Part shown: one piece after another, positions 18,574-27,961 of the stretch
Layout: each line of letters begins with the position of its first letter
How positions within the stretch are numbered: position 1 is the first letter of the stretch
Assembly: GCA_964610875.1 (NCBI GenBank)
Contig: CAZSWP010000036.1
Coordinates: 1-37,074 of the forward strand
Length of the DNA: 37,074 nucleotides
DNA from: an uncultured archaeon
Lineage (GTDB): Archaea > Asgardarchaeota > Thorarchaeia > Thorarchaeales > Thorarchaeaceae
Direction: 5' to 3'
Program-made: the position numbers and the translations under genes
Notes under the pieces: model-generated
The model's database searches: none
The model's input: the letters and a program-made list of their open reading frames with translations, nothing else
What the model was told of the DNA's origin: nothing

Positions 18574-19575
18574 CTACAATTGCTTTTGGTACCATTGCTG
18601 ATGAGTCGATAATTTCATTCGACATTTTTTGTAGAGTTTGATGGCCTTTTCATTGGTAGCTCCAGTACCTACTAATGCATAACGACATCCATATTTCTTA
18701 AACTCCTCAATGACTGCTGAAACGGTAAAATATGCAATACCCTTCCCTCTGGCATGAGGAATGATACCAACCGGGCCTAGTACTGCAGTTGCGAGTTGAT
18801 ATCCTCTATCCAGAACTGAACCTCCTACAATTCCGGCAACCTCTCCTCTAATGAACACAACCTTCCAAAATTCACGAGGTGCTGGACCAAGACCTCCACC
18901 AAGAATATGATTCACGCTTTTCAAAGCGCCATTATAAGTTGTCACTGCTCTATCCCAATCATGCATTTCAAGATCTTCCTCAGTCGTGGAAAAAGATTTC
19001 ACAATGAACTCTGCCAATTCTTCATTTCTGAAATACCTTGCATCTTTCAATTCAGCTCCTATTGGCTGTTTGGAACGATTTTTCCACTCTTCTAGATCAG
19101 TGAATAATAAAACGGACGTACTTGCTTCATCTTTTATGAATCCATGTTTCTTGAAAAGACTTCTAAGAAAATTACCATCATCTTGGTCTTCAAATGGCGT
19201 CTTAACATATGCTCGAATGATTTTGACATCTTTGTTTTTTGCATCCTCTATTGCTCTATCAAGTAATGCATCTGCCACATTCGATGAACGATATTCAGGT
19301 AGAATTGCTGGTTCCCAATTTCTCAAACGCATGGATTTTTCCTTTATTGAATAACCAAGTACACCAACTGGTTTCTTATCATCATGAGCAATCAAAAATC
19401 CAAAATTATCCTTTTGAAAAGAATCCTGTATTTCTGCAATTTCTTCTGCTGGACAATACACTGTTGGTATGTCTTCATTCCACCAATAACTATCCTGCAT
19501 AGCACTTTTCCATGCATCAAGATATTTCTCCATGTTTCTTGCTCTTTCAATATCCATATCACCGCACCATGACAA
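18574..19575 (-). CDS. Tandem GNAT N-acetyltransferase
   Basis: Two motif-A regions (ILPEYRSSNVADALL; IIPHARGKGIA) and NEKAIKLYKK. Start may be 19557. Confidence 0.9.
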   Translation of the reverse strand: MSWCGDMDIERARNMEKYLDAWKSAMQDSYWWNEDIPTVYCPAEEIAEIQDSFQKDNFGFLIAHDDKKPVGVLGYSIKEKSMRLRNWEPAILPEYRSSNVADALLDRAIEDAKNKDVKIIRAYVKTPFEDQDDGNFLRSLFKKHGFIKDEASTSVLLFTDLEEWKNRSKQPIGAELKDARYFRNEELAEFIVKSFSTTEEDLEMHDWDRAVTTYNGALKSVNHILGGGLGPAPREFWKVVFIRGEVAGIVGGSVLDRGYQLATAVLGPVGIIPHARGKGIAYFTVSAVIEEFKKYGCRYALVGTGATNEKAIKLYKKCRMKLSTHQQWYQKQL

Positions 19576-19798
19576 TCAGTCGTAAATAAAGAAAATAATC
19601 TTACGAAAAGCGCTTTATTCCATTGACCCATTTATAAGGAATTTTTTCCGCACACCGAGGGTTTAAAGGCAATCAACCAAATGCAAGCGTGCATGCCCTT
19701 GAAGAGGGTCGGATACACTATAGGCACTATCAATTCGAATTGTGTTTCACTACGTATTGTTTCTTTTCAGGCTTGCTAACGTTATACTAGTGATAGAA

Positions 19799-20299
19799 AT
19801 GAGTACCGAGATTGAGCCCATTGAGGCTGTAATTGCAGATTTGAAACCTAGAATGAAAGGTATCAACATAACTTTCAGATTGATATCTAAAGGAGAAAGT
19901 AGGGAAGTAACATCCCGCCGTGATAATTCAACACACACAGTGGCTGATGCAGTTGTTGGAGATCAAACAGGTTTGGTGACTATGCCATTGTGGGACGAGT
20001 CAATCGAGAACCTTGAAGAGGATAAGACCTATCGTCTTGAAAATGGGTATACTACTATTTTTAGAAACAATCTGCGATTGAACATTGGAAAATATGGTCA
20101 GATTTCCGAAGCTGAGATTCCGATTGAAGCTGAGGAGATAAATAATGAAGTTGACATGTCCCTCGAGGAACATGAAGACTATCGCCGACGTCGCAGCTAT
20201 GGTGGTAGAAGCTATGGTGGTGGCCGTGACCGCTCATATGGTAGTGGAGGTCGCCGTGATAGTAGCTATGGTGGTCGTGACAGACGCCGTCGATACTAA
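19799..20299 (+). CDS. ssb: Single OB-fold single-stranded nucleic acid binding protein (crenarchaeal SSB-like) with RG/SYGG tail
   Basis: IADLKP, VADAVVGDQTG, LWD, ENGYTTIFRNNLRLNIGKYG. Start moved to MSTE (19799). Confidence 0.88.
   Translation: MSTEIEPIEAVIADLKPRMKGINITFRLISKGESREVTSRRDNSTHTVADAVVGDQTGLVTMPLWDESIENLEEDKTYRLENGYTTIFRNNLRLNIGKYGQISEAEIPIEAEEINNEVDMSLEEHEDYRRRRSYGGRSYGGGRDRSYGSGGRRDSSYGGRDRRRRY
20195..20275 (+). repeat. Three exact 12-bp repeats agctatggtggt (SYGG) in the ssb tail
   Basis: Copies at 20195, 20210 and 20264. Confidence 0.85.
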
Positions 20300-20309
20300 C
20301 AACAGACTT

Positions 20310-20335
20310 CACTGAAGGAATTTCCTCCTTCAGTG
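20310..20335. terminator. Perfect 10-bp hairpin between convergent genes
   Basis: cactgaagga-atttcc-tccttcagtg followed by tttct. Confidence 0.7.
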
Positions 20336-20347
20336 TTTCTCATCTTT

Positions 20348-21511
20348 TTATTCTAAGCTTCTTGCTAGAAGCTCAACAATGTCAACAACACTAACATCGC
20401 TATCTAGAATTTTCGTGCCTGCATTCAAATTGTGTTCGCAGAAAGGACATGCTGTAGCTATCTGTTGAGCTCCGACATCTACTGCATCTTGAACTCGAGA
20501 CGCAGCGATTTTCTTTGAGAGGTTTGCTTCTTGTGAACGTAATCCTCCTCCAGCTCCGCAACACATTGCAGTGTCCCTGTTCGTTTCCATCTCAACAACT
20601 TCTATTCCTGGAATATTTCTGAGTACTTCTCGGGGACTCTCATAGATACCAAGTTCTCTTCCCATGTGGCAAGGATCATGATAAGTGACCCTAACTTTTG
20701 ATTCGATTCTCTTTGGTTTAATTCTCCCTTCTTTCAGTAATTCTTCTGCATATTCTACTATGTGAAGGATCTCTGGCATTTCGATCCCAAATTTCTCCGG
20801 ATAGTCTTTTCTAAGAGTCTTAAGGCACCCTGCACAGGAAACAACAATTCGCTTGACACCTGTAGCTTCTAACATCTCAGCAACATTTTCCGCATTCTTT
20901 TTTGCTGCATCCATTCTGCCAGTCCTCATCATGACTGAACCACAGCATGGCTCGTTTCGCATTATGGCAAATTCATCACCACTAGCTTTGAGGATTCTAG
21001 TTGTATATTCTGCAACTTCAGGTATTCTCATTGCAGCTGTACAGCCAACATAATACAGGGTCTCTCCTTTCTCAGGTACTTCGAAATCAAGTGATTCTAT
21101 CCACTTTGCTTTCAGTTCTCTATCTTCCTCGTACGGATTACCATAGTCCATTATCTTCTTTGTAATTGTGTCTCTAACCTCATTTGGTACCTCATTGAGA
21201 TACTCACGTACTTTCTCAAGTGCGTGTGCTGGTTCAAACTCTGATGCACAAATGTTGGTACAATTTCCGCAAAGTGTGCATTCAAAGATCGATTGCATAT
21301 TTTCAGGTGTTTTATCAAGAACGCCATCTATGAGAGCAAGAGCTACCTGTATCTTCCCTCTCATGAAACTGGTTTCAAAACCACTAGTATTTTTCCAGAC
21401 AGGGCAGACTCCATCAAAACCTCTTGCTTCATAGACTGCATTTCTACAAAGACCGCATCTTCGACATTGGAGTAATTCTTCTTTCAGCTCATCGATATCT
21501 AGTTGTGTCAT
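20348..21511 (-). CDS. Fe-S oxidoreductase with CCG domains (GlcF/HdrD-like)
   Basis: CRRCGLC...CP, CTLCGNC..IC, YVGC, PCCG, SCAGC, YHDPCH, CCGAGGG, TACPFC. Confidence 0.92.
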   Translation of the reverse strand: MTQLDIDELKEELLQCRRCGLCRNAVYEARGFDGVCPVWKNTSGFETSFMRGKIQVALALIDGVLDKTPENMQSIFECTLCGNCTNICASEFEPAHALEKVREYLNEVPNEVRDTITKKIMDYGNPYEEDRELKAKWIESLDFEVPEKGETLYYVGCTAAMRIPEVAEYTTRILKASGDEFAIMRNEPCCGSVMMRTGRMDAAKKNAENVAEMLEATGVKRIVVSCAGCLKTLRKDYPEKFGIEMPEILHIVEYAEELLKEGRIKPKRIESKVRVTYHDPCHMGRELGIYESPREVLRNIPGIEVVEMETNRDTAMCCGAGGGLRSQEANLSKKIAASRVQDAVDVGAQQIATACPFCEHNLNAGTKILDSDVSVVDIVELLARSLE

Positions 21512-21513
21512 AC

Positions 21514-22920
21514 TCAGAGACCTCCCATTACTCCTGGGTTCATGATTCCATTAGGATCAATGGTTTTCTTTATTGATTTGATTAATTCCATGTATCCTTT
21601 CATCTCTCTGACTCCTTCCATCCAATAAGGTGCCAGTTTGAACGGCACCGCTCCAGTTTTGAAGAGTCGTTTTGAAAGTTCAGCATGTGCTGCACGAACT
21701 TTCTCTTCTTCCTCTGAGTCTTCTGGGTCAAAATATAGATGCGGATAGAAATTATAGCTGGTATGTCCTGTTAGAAATCCTGCTGTATGACCAAGCAGTC
21801 CAAATTCGTCCATGACATCCCATATCTCCTTCACCGATCTATGCCAATTTGTTGGTGTCTGGTGATGATACAAAATGCGCCACCACCAACCATGGGCATA
21901 TGATGATCTGGCAAAGGTTCTCATTCTGTCATCCCATTCACCTTGAGGGAGTTCTGGAACACCAATTACTGTTCCTCCTAGTATCCTGCATACTTCTTCC
22001 GCTTTCTTCACATCACTCTGAAGTATATCTTCTCTGACATGACCTATTGTTGCGGAAACAGTAAATGGATGCCATTCAGTTGGCGGAATTCCATATTCTT
22101 CACCAAGCATATCGAGAAAGAACTCAAGGATTCGTCCTTCATAGATTGAAGCAAATACAGCATTAATATCGTTATGTTTCAGTTCTCCAAGGAACTTCTC
22201 TGCTTGTTCTGTAGTTTCAAAACCGTAGGTTTCATAATGGAAATGTCGCATCTTTCTAAAGAGTTTAACAGACACTGAAGTTATTATCCCTAGACTTCCT
22301 AAACTTCCTATGAATAGACCTGTTAAGTCAGGTCCAAAAGCATATCTCAAGAACGGACCTGGTGCATTCGGGTTTGCTTCCGTTCCAGTTTGGATTATTT
22401 CACCATTAGGCAACACAATCTCCAGACCAAGGACCATCTCTGCAATACATCCATATTTGCTTGACCCTGGTCCTGCACCATTTACAGCAACATTACCTGC
22501 AACAGTACAGACGAGTGATGACTCTGGGTATATCGGTAACCAGAGGTCGAACTGATTGAGGTGTTTATCTAATGCGCCAAATGTCACTCCTGCACCAATT
22601 CTTGCCGTTCTAAGGTCATGAAAAATCTCAATGCTCTCAAGTCGCATCAATTCAATAATTAATCCGTCTTCCTTGGGAATGACTTCACCTTGAAGACTTG
22701 AGCCACCAGAACGAGGTGTTACTGGTATTTTATCTTCATTAGCAATTTTCAGAATCTGTGATACTTCTTCTGTAGTTGCTGGTCTGACTACTGCACCAGG
22801 AAGTACACTATCATAGCCTATTGATGCAGATGTTGAATAAGCCAGTAAGACATCCTTTCTTGATGAAACATAATCATCACCAACTATTGCTTTTAACTTC
22901 TCTATAATCTTAGGATCCAT
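21514..22920 (-). CDS. FAD-linked oxidase, GlcD/VAO family
   Basis: VVRPATTEEVS, PRSGGSSL.G, GAGV, TVAGNVAVNGAG, GSLGSLGII, DPNGIMNPG. Start at MDPK after SD ggagg. Confidence 0.9.
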   Translation of the reverse strand: MDPKIIEKLKAIVGDDYVSSRKDVLLAYSTSASIGYDSVLPGAVVRPATTEEVSQILKIANEDKIPVTPRSGGSSLQGEVIPKEDGLIIELMRLESIEIFHDLRTARIGAGVTFGALDKHLNQFDLWLPIYPESSLVCTVAGNVAVNGAGPGSSKYGCIAEMVLGLEIVLPNGEIIQTGTEANPNAPGPFLRYAFGPDLTGLFIGSLGSLGIITSVSVKLFRKMRHFHYETYGFETTEQAEKFLGELKHNDINAVFASIYEGRILEFFLDMLGEEYGIPPTEWHPFTVSATIGHVREDILQSDVKKAEEVCRILGGTVIGVPELPQGEWDDRMRTFARSSYAHGWWWRILYHHQTPTNWHRSVKEIWDVMDEFGLLGHTAGFLTGHTSYNFYPHLYFDPEDSEEEEKVRAAHAELSKRLFKTGAVPFKLAPYWMEGVREMKGYMELIKSIKKTIDPNGIMNPGVMGGL

Positions 22921-22946
22921 CAAGGCGCCTCCAGTGTCCAATTAAA

Positions 22947-23285
22947 TTAGAAGATATGTCTTAATTTCATCAAGTCTTTCGCAGAGCCCTTGACCTTCAA
23001 TTTTCGTTTCAATAATGCTGCAGCCGCACTCATTTCCTCTAGAAATAATTTTCTGATACTATCTTCGTCGCTTTCTATTTTCATATCAGGATTTTCCATT
23101 GGACCATCATATACAGTGATATTATTGTCCTTGACAATGAAATGAAATTGTGGTCCCTCCTTTAGAGTAAGAAGAGCTGTCCGTTCCCAACCTTCTATTG
23201 CTTCTAGAGTTTTTTCGCGTTCTAAACCCACTGCAATACGTCTTTGCATTAAATCAAGTAGTGGTTCATCGTTCAAAGTTTTCAC
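22947..23285 (-). CDS. SCP2 sterol/lipid-binding domain protein
   Basis: FHFIVKD..ITVYDG...PDMKI...LF...MSAAAALLKRKLKVKG...LMKL. Confidence 0.85.
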   Translation of the reverse strand: MKTLNDEPLLDLMQRRIAVGLEREKTLEAIEGWERTALLTLKEGPQFHFIVKDNNITVYDGPMENPDMKIESDEDSIRKLFLEEMSAAAALLKRKLKVKGSAKDLMKLRHIF

Positions 23286-23365
23286 CTTGCAGGTTTGCCC
23301 GTTCAGAAAACGTGTTTTAGTTGTTTCCGTAGAGCTCTGAAATGAATCGACTATTGCCGATGTGG

Positions 23366-23393
23366 CATATAAATACCAAGTGAGTAATACTCA
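23366..23393 (-). promoter_or_regulatory. TATA box plus upstream palindrome for the SCP2-glcD-glcF operon
   Basis: Minus-strand TTTATAT at about 23367-23373 and the perfect palindrome TGAGTA-A-TACTCA at 23381-23393. Confidence 0.45.
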
Positions 23394-23568
23394 TTTCTTT
23401 ATCCTAGGACAATTGCCATATTTTAGAGGCGAGTCATGGAATTTTTATTATCCCCGACTACTCAACAACAACCCCCCTTTCCGAACAAATCGGCTCGCCT
23501 CATGTTATTTTCAAAAAAAGAAAAGTCTACCTGCAGCATCTCAATGCAGCAGGCATAAATTAAAAATT

Positions 23569-24153
23569 CTAGAATGGTTCGTTATGTATTTTGAAGTATG
23601 CTCTTGAATGGTCACAAGCTGGGCATTTCTCTGGTGGAGTTTCACCAGTATGAATGTAACCACAATTTCCACAGCGCCATTTTATTACGCTATCGCGTTT
23701 GAACACCTTATCATCTGCAATATTCTGTGCAAGCTTGATGTATCTATCGTGATGCCATGTTTCTGCTTTGGCTATCATTCTCCATACATGAGCAATGTTC
23801 TTGAAACCTTCCTCTTCTGCTATATCTGCAAAACCTGGATACATAGTGGAGAATTCATGTTTCTCTCCTTCTGCTGCAGCTCTTAGATTCTCTTCTGTAG
23901 TCCCAAGTGGACCAGATGGAAACTCATAGCTTATTTCTACTCCATGATAGTCTCCAGCCTCTTGTAAGAATTTGAAGAATCTCTTTGCATGTTCTTTTTC
24001 TTCGTTCGCAGTTTCTTCGAAAATTTTTGAAATCTGTACATATCCTTCATTCTTGGCAACCTTTGCATAATACGTATATCTGTTTCTTGCTTGAGATTCG
24101 CCAGCAAATGAAGTCAATAGGTTCTTTTCTGTTTTAGATCCTTTTAGATCCAT
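23569..24153 (-). CDS. rbr: Rubrerythrin
   Basis: FAGESQARNRY, EKEHA, GEKHE, AETWH; rubredoxin-like CGNCGY...CPAC. Confidence 0.97.
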   Translation of the reverse strand: MDLKGSKTEKNLLTSFAGESQARNRYTYYAKVAKNEGYVQISKIFEETANEEKEHAKRFFKFLQEAGDYHGVEISYEFPSGPLGTTEENLRAAAEGEKHEFSTMYPGFADIAEEEGFKNIAHVWRMIAKAETWHHDRYIKLAQNIADDKVFKRDSVIKWRCGNCGYIHTGETPPEKCPACDHSRAYFKIHNEPF

Positions 24154-24404
24154 TTAGCTATTCCTCCAATGCATCCATCCGCTACATTTCGGACATGCAT
24201 TAATGTGTCGACGTGATGCATCTCGTTTTATTAATGCTGTGAAATAACACAATTTTATATCTAATTATTCATTATTTTATATTCAAGGATGTGCCTGACA
24301 TAATCAAGATTCAAACATAAACGACACTCCACAAAATGATACGATGATTAAAATATCACCATAGTATCAAGCTGTTGTATAGAAGATGAAAGGAAGAGGG
24401 CGTT

Positions 24405-25484
24405 ATGGTGCGTATGGCACACATCTCAGATTCACATCTTGGTGCATCAATGTTTCAATTGAGTGAGAGAAGAGAAGATGCAAGAAAGTGTTTGAAGAAA
24501 GCAGTGGATATGGCAATGCGACATTCACCTGATTTACTCGTGCATACTGGTGATTTATTTGATTCTCCTTTCCCTTCCGTCACTGATGTTGATTTTGCGA
24601 TGGCTACTTTCAAGGAAATTGACATTCCTATCGTAGTCATACAGGGGAATCATGACATCCCTTATGGTTATAGATACAGTCAGAGTCCCATTCGGATGTT
24701 TGAAACTACTGAACTTGTACTATCTACTGGAAATGATGGACACGGAAAACATTTGATTGAAATCGATGGTAAGAATGTTGAGTTGCATCTATTTTCTTGG
24801 ATGCGTGGTCGAACATTAAGTCGACTAATGCACGAATATACTCCACAAGAGGATTGTTGCATTTTGCTGTGTCATGATATTGGGGGTAGATTTGATGAAT
24901 TACCAGTCTATTATGACTACATTGGAATAGGACACTCACATAATTTTATGCTAAGAAAAGATGATTCAATTGGACGTCCTGGCTCAACATGTATTGTTGA
25001 CTGGAAACGAGAGATGGGTGGGAAAAGCAAACTCATCATAGCTGATATTGATCGACAGGGTGTGGAATTTGAAACTGAAGCATTAAATGATGTACGTGAA
25101 TTCAAATTCCTTACAGGATTAAATGTCACAGGAATGGGTCCTGATGAGATTAATGAAGTAATGAAAGAATGGCTAAATAGATTGTCCAGAAAGAAGAAAG
25201 GAAAACCAATTATCATTATGCAGGTTAATGGTATGGTCCATGCAGATACTGAGAACATGATAAATCGCAATGAGCTCATAGAGTACGGTGAAGAAAAACT
25301 GAATCCACTATTTTTACATATTGAACCCAATTGGGAGAATTTGGGTCCTCGTAGCGTGACTCTCTCAAGTCCGCTAAACGTAGAGAAGACCATTCAAGAA
25401 TATATTGAGCAAACTGGAGAACTTGGTGGTGAAGATGCATTAGCTCAATATAAGGTAATAATGGGAGAGAATAGCAATGATTGA
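24405..25484 (+). CDS. mre11: Mre11/SbcD-family nuclease
   Basis: Phosphoesterase motifs SDSHLG, GDLFD, GNHD, LLCH, GHSH; overlaps the Rad50-like gene by 8 bp. Confidence 0.88.
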   Translation: MVRMAHISDSHLGASMFQLSERREDARKCLKKAVDMAMRHSPDLLVHTGDLFDSPFPSVTDVDFAMATFKEIDIPIVVIQGNHDIPYGYRYSQSPIRMFETTELVLSTGNDGHGKHLIEIDGKNVELHLFSWMRGRTLSRLMHEYTPQEDCCILLCHDIGGRFDELPVYYDYIGIGHSHNFMLRKDDSIGRPGSTCIVDWKREMGGKSKLIIADIDRQGVEFETEALNDVREFKFLTGLNVTGMGPDEINEVMKEWLNRLSRKKKGKPIIIMQVNGMVHADTENMINRNELIEYGEEKLNPLFLHIEPNWENLGPRSVTLSSPLNVEKTIQEYIEQTGELGGEDALAQYKVIMGENSND

Positions 25485-26763
25485 ACGAGTTGCTTTGAGA
25501 GATTTCAAGGTTTTTGAAGATGCCGAGCTCATATTTGAAAACGGCACAACCGCCATTGTGGGTCCTAATGGGTCTGGAAAAACTACAATTTTGGAAGCAA
25601 TAGAATTTGCCCTATTTCGGCATGTTACTAGAAAGGAGAAAAAAGTGCCTCGAGTGGAAGAACTCATTCGACACGGTCAAAAGAAAGCACTGTTAGAACT
25701 TGACTTTATTGCTCCAGTGAATAGGCGTACTTACCGCGTAAAACGTATGATATATCCTGGTGAAACAAAAGCTGATTTGTATTGTGATGGTCAAGATGAA
25801 CCTGTTTATTCAGGGCCTACAAATGTTGATGATGAGGTTGCTAGAATTTTAGGAATGGATCGTTATGCTTTCTCCGCTTTGACTTATGTGCGACAGGGTG
25901 AGATCGACCGCTTATCCAGAATGACCCCGAAGTCTAGAAAATCAGACCTTTCCAGTATGATGGGACTAAGTATCTATGAGAAGATTGGTGGAACGATTCG
26001 GAAACATAATAGAACTCTGAAAAAAGAAATTGATAATCTCGAGAACACTCGTGAAAGATTGACGCATCTAATGGATTTCCTTCCAACCCGAAATGAAGTT
26101 GAAGAATCTCTTGTTGCCATCTTAAAATTGGTTGAATCATCCAAAAGAACTGACGAAACCAATCAGATAGAGCAGATACTAAGGAAGATATTGAACTCCA
26201 TATCAGAAGTAGAAAAGCAGCTTGAATCAGATGAGCTCTCTAGCGATTACGATGAACTACAAAGAGAAACGGAGCGAACAAGAAGTCTAAACAGAATAAT
26301 CGAATCCATCCCCGATATTGCAGAAAGTCAAATTCGTCCACATATTCGAAAAGAAGCAAGAAACATATTCCGAGGGATATTTGGTGATCGCTACAGCGAT
26401 CTTATCATTGGTGATGATTACGAGGTTTCCCTTTTCGACCTTAGAGGTAACCAAGTTCCTCTTATGGCTGCTTCAGGAGGAGAAGATGTTTGCGTAAATT
26501 TTGCACTTCGAGTTGCTGTGAATACTGCTTTGCAAAAGCATTCGATAACTGCACCACCTCCTGGTTTGATAATTCTTGATGAACCCGGTGCTGGATTAGA
26601 TGCCCAGAGGCGTCGTTGGCTTCCTGATGCAATTTCAGGATTAGATTCGGTGAATCAGGTTATTGTTGTCACGCACATGGAAGAACTCAAAGAGAGTGTA
26701 GATAATGTCATCACATTGATTCCACAAGGTAAGGGCAGACAACCAAAAATTGAGATTTCCTAA
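25477..26763 (+). CDS. rad50: Short Rad50/SbcC-like SMC ATPase (428 aa)
   Basis: GPNGSGKTT, Q-loop YVRQGE, signature ASGGE, Walker B/D-loop IILDEPGAGLD, H-loop VVTH. Confidence 0.85.
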   Translation: MIERVALRDFKVFEDAELIFENGTTAIVGPNGSGKTTILEAIEFALFRHVTRKEKKVPRVEELIRHGQKKALLELDFIAPVNRRTYRVKRMIYPGETKADLYCDGQDEPVYSGPTNVDDEVARILGMDRYAFSALTYVRQGEIDRLSRMTPKSRKSDLSSMMGLSIYEKIGGTIRKHNRTLKKEIDNLENTRERLTHLMDFLPTRNEVEESLVAILKLVESSKRTDETNQIEQILRKILNSISEVEKQLESDELSSDYDELQRETERTRSLNRIIESIPDIAESQIRPHIRKEARNIFRGIFGDRYSDLIIGDDYEVSLFDLRGNQVPLMAASGGEDVCVNFALRVAVNTALQKHSITAPPPGLIILDEPGAGLDAQRRRWLPDAISGLDSVNQVIVVTHMEELKESVDNVITLIPQGKGRQPKIEIS

Positions 26764-26767
26764 TTAA

Positions 26768-27961
26768 TCATGATTCGAATATCTCATTACGAGGATCTGT
26801 TACTTTTTCCTCAGTTCTAATGAGCTGTCGAAGTCTGAGTGCGATTTTTCTATCCCCCAAAGCAATACCTCCTACTACAATATGGTCTTTCATTACAGCT
26901 TTGAGATATATTCCTTCATTCTCATCTGACATGACAACTGATTCAAACTCTGGAGATTGTGGATTGAATAAACCAACAGAGGTCAAATCAATGCCTGCAA
27001 CTTGTAGAGTGTTTGATGGTGTAGTTCCTGGGTATGATTCTGAACCATGATTCAATAAGTTCGCAGCTGCAATTTTTGCCGTTTCTACTGCGACAGGAAT
27101 AATCCCCCAGCATATCCCCTTCCATTCTGTGCAATCACCTGCAGCATAGATTTTTGGAATTGATGTTTTCATGTACTCATCGACAACAATTCCTCTTCCT
27201 GTACCTACTTCAATACCTACTTTCTTAGCTAAATCTATATTTGCTCTGACTCCAGTAGCGATTACCACTAAATCTCCTTTTACCTTATCCCCTTCTGTTG
27301 ACATTACCCCTGTGGTTGATTCAGCACCCGTAATTTGACTACAGGTGAAACCAAGAAGAACACTCAATCCCAGTTTATTCAGACGCTTCAGTAGCATACT
27401 GCTTGCTCCTTGGTCAAGTTGAGCTGGAAGTAATGTGTCTATATTGTTGATTACAATTGGTTCTCCACCTGCATTTTTGATAGCTGCAGCCAATTCAATC
27501 CCAAGAATTCCACCGCCAACTATTATTTCACGACCAGATCCTTTCACTGCTTCCTTGATGTCTTTAGCGTCATCAAGAGTTCTTAGAACATGAACACTTT
27601 TTTTCTCTACCCCATGAAATGGAGGGACAAATGGATGGCTACCATTTGCTAACAATATCTTATCATAACCAAAATATGTGTCAATCTCTGTAAGTATACT
27701 CATTGTATCAGGAAGAATTTCAGTTACTGACTCTCCTGTTTTCAATGTTACATTATTTTTCGAATACCAACTATAGTCGTATTGAATTATATTTTCTTCA
27801 CTAATTCTATCTGCTATGAATTCAATGAGTTTTGGCCGCGGGTAGTAAGGATACTTCTCATCGGTGAAGACATCTATTCCAACATCTTTGTCCTGCTTTC
27901 TGATTTCTCTAACAGCTGTCACCGCAGCTATGCCATTTCCAATTATCCCAATTTTCTTCAT
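26768..27961 (-). CDS. NAD(P)H/FAD-dependent oxidoreductase (rubredoxin reductase/NirB-like)
   Basis: GNGIAA, YPRPKL, LRTLDD, GGGILGIE, ATGVRAN, TSIPKIYAAGD. Confidence 0.9.
   Translation of the reverse strand: MKKIGIIGNGIAAVTAVREIRKQDKDVGIDVFTDEKYPYYPRPKLIEFIADRISEENIIQYDYSWYSKNNVTLKTGESVTEILPDTMSILTEIDTYFGYDKILLANGSHPFVPPFHGVEKKSVHVLRTLDDAKDIKEAVKGSGREIIVGGGILGIELAAAIKNAGGEPIVINNIDTLLPAQLDQGASSMLLKRLNKLGLSVLLGFTCSQITGAESTTGVMSTEGDKVKGDLVVIATGVRANIDLAKKVGIEVGTGRGIVVDEYMKTSIPKIYAAGDCTEWKGICWGIIPVAVETAKIAAANLLNHGSESYPGTTPSNTLQVAGIDLTSVGLFNPQSPEFESVVMSDENEGIYLKAVMKDHIVVGGIALGDRKIALRLRQLIRTEEKVTDPRNEIFES

Noticed and set aside
18278-18612. ORFs 18278..18469 (-) and 18382..18612 (+)
   Set aside because: TTG start or no SD, atypical composition, and no motifs; RNA structure explains the region better.
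20195-20275. Short direct repeats as a mini-CRISPR
   Set aside because: In-frame 12-bp coding repeats with irregular short spacing.
20348-27961. Selenocysteine (UGA) recoding in the redox genes
   Set aside because: The ORFs appear full length with Cys motifs intact; no in-frame UGA is needed.
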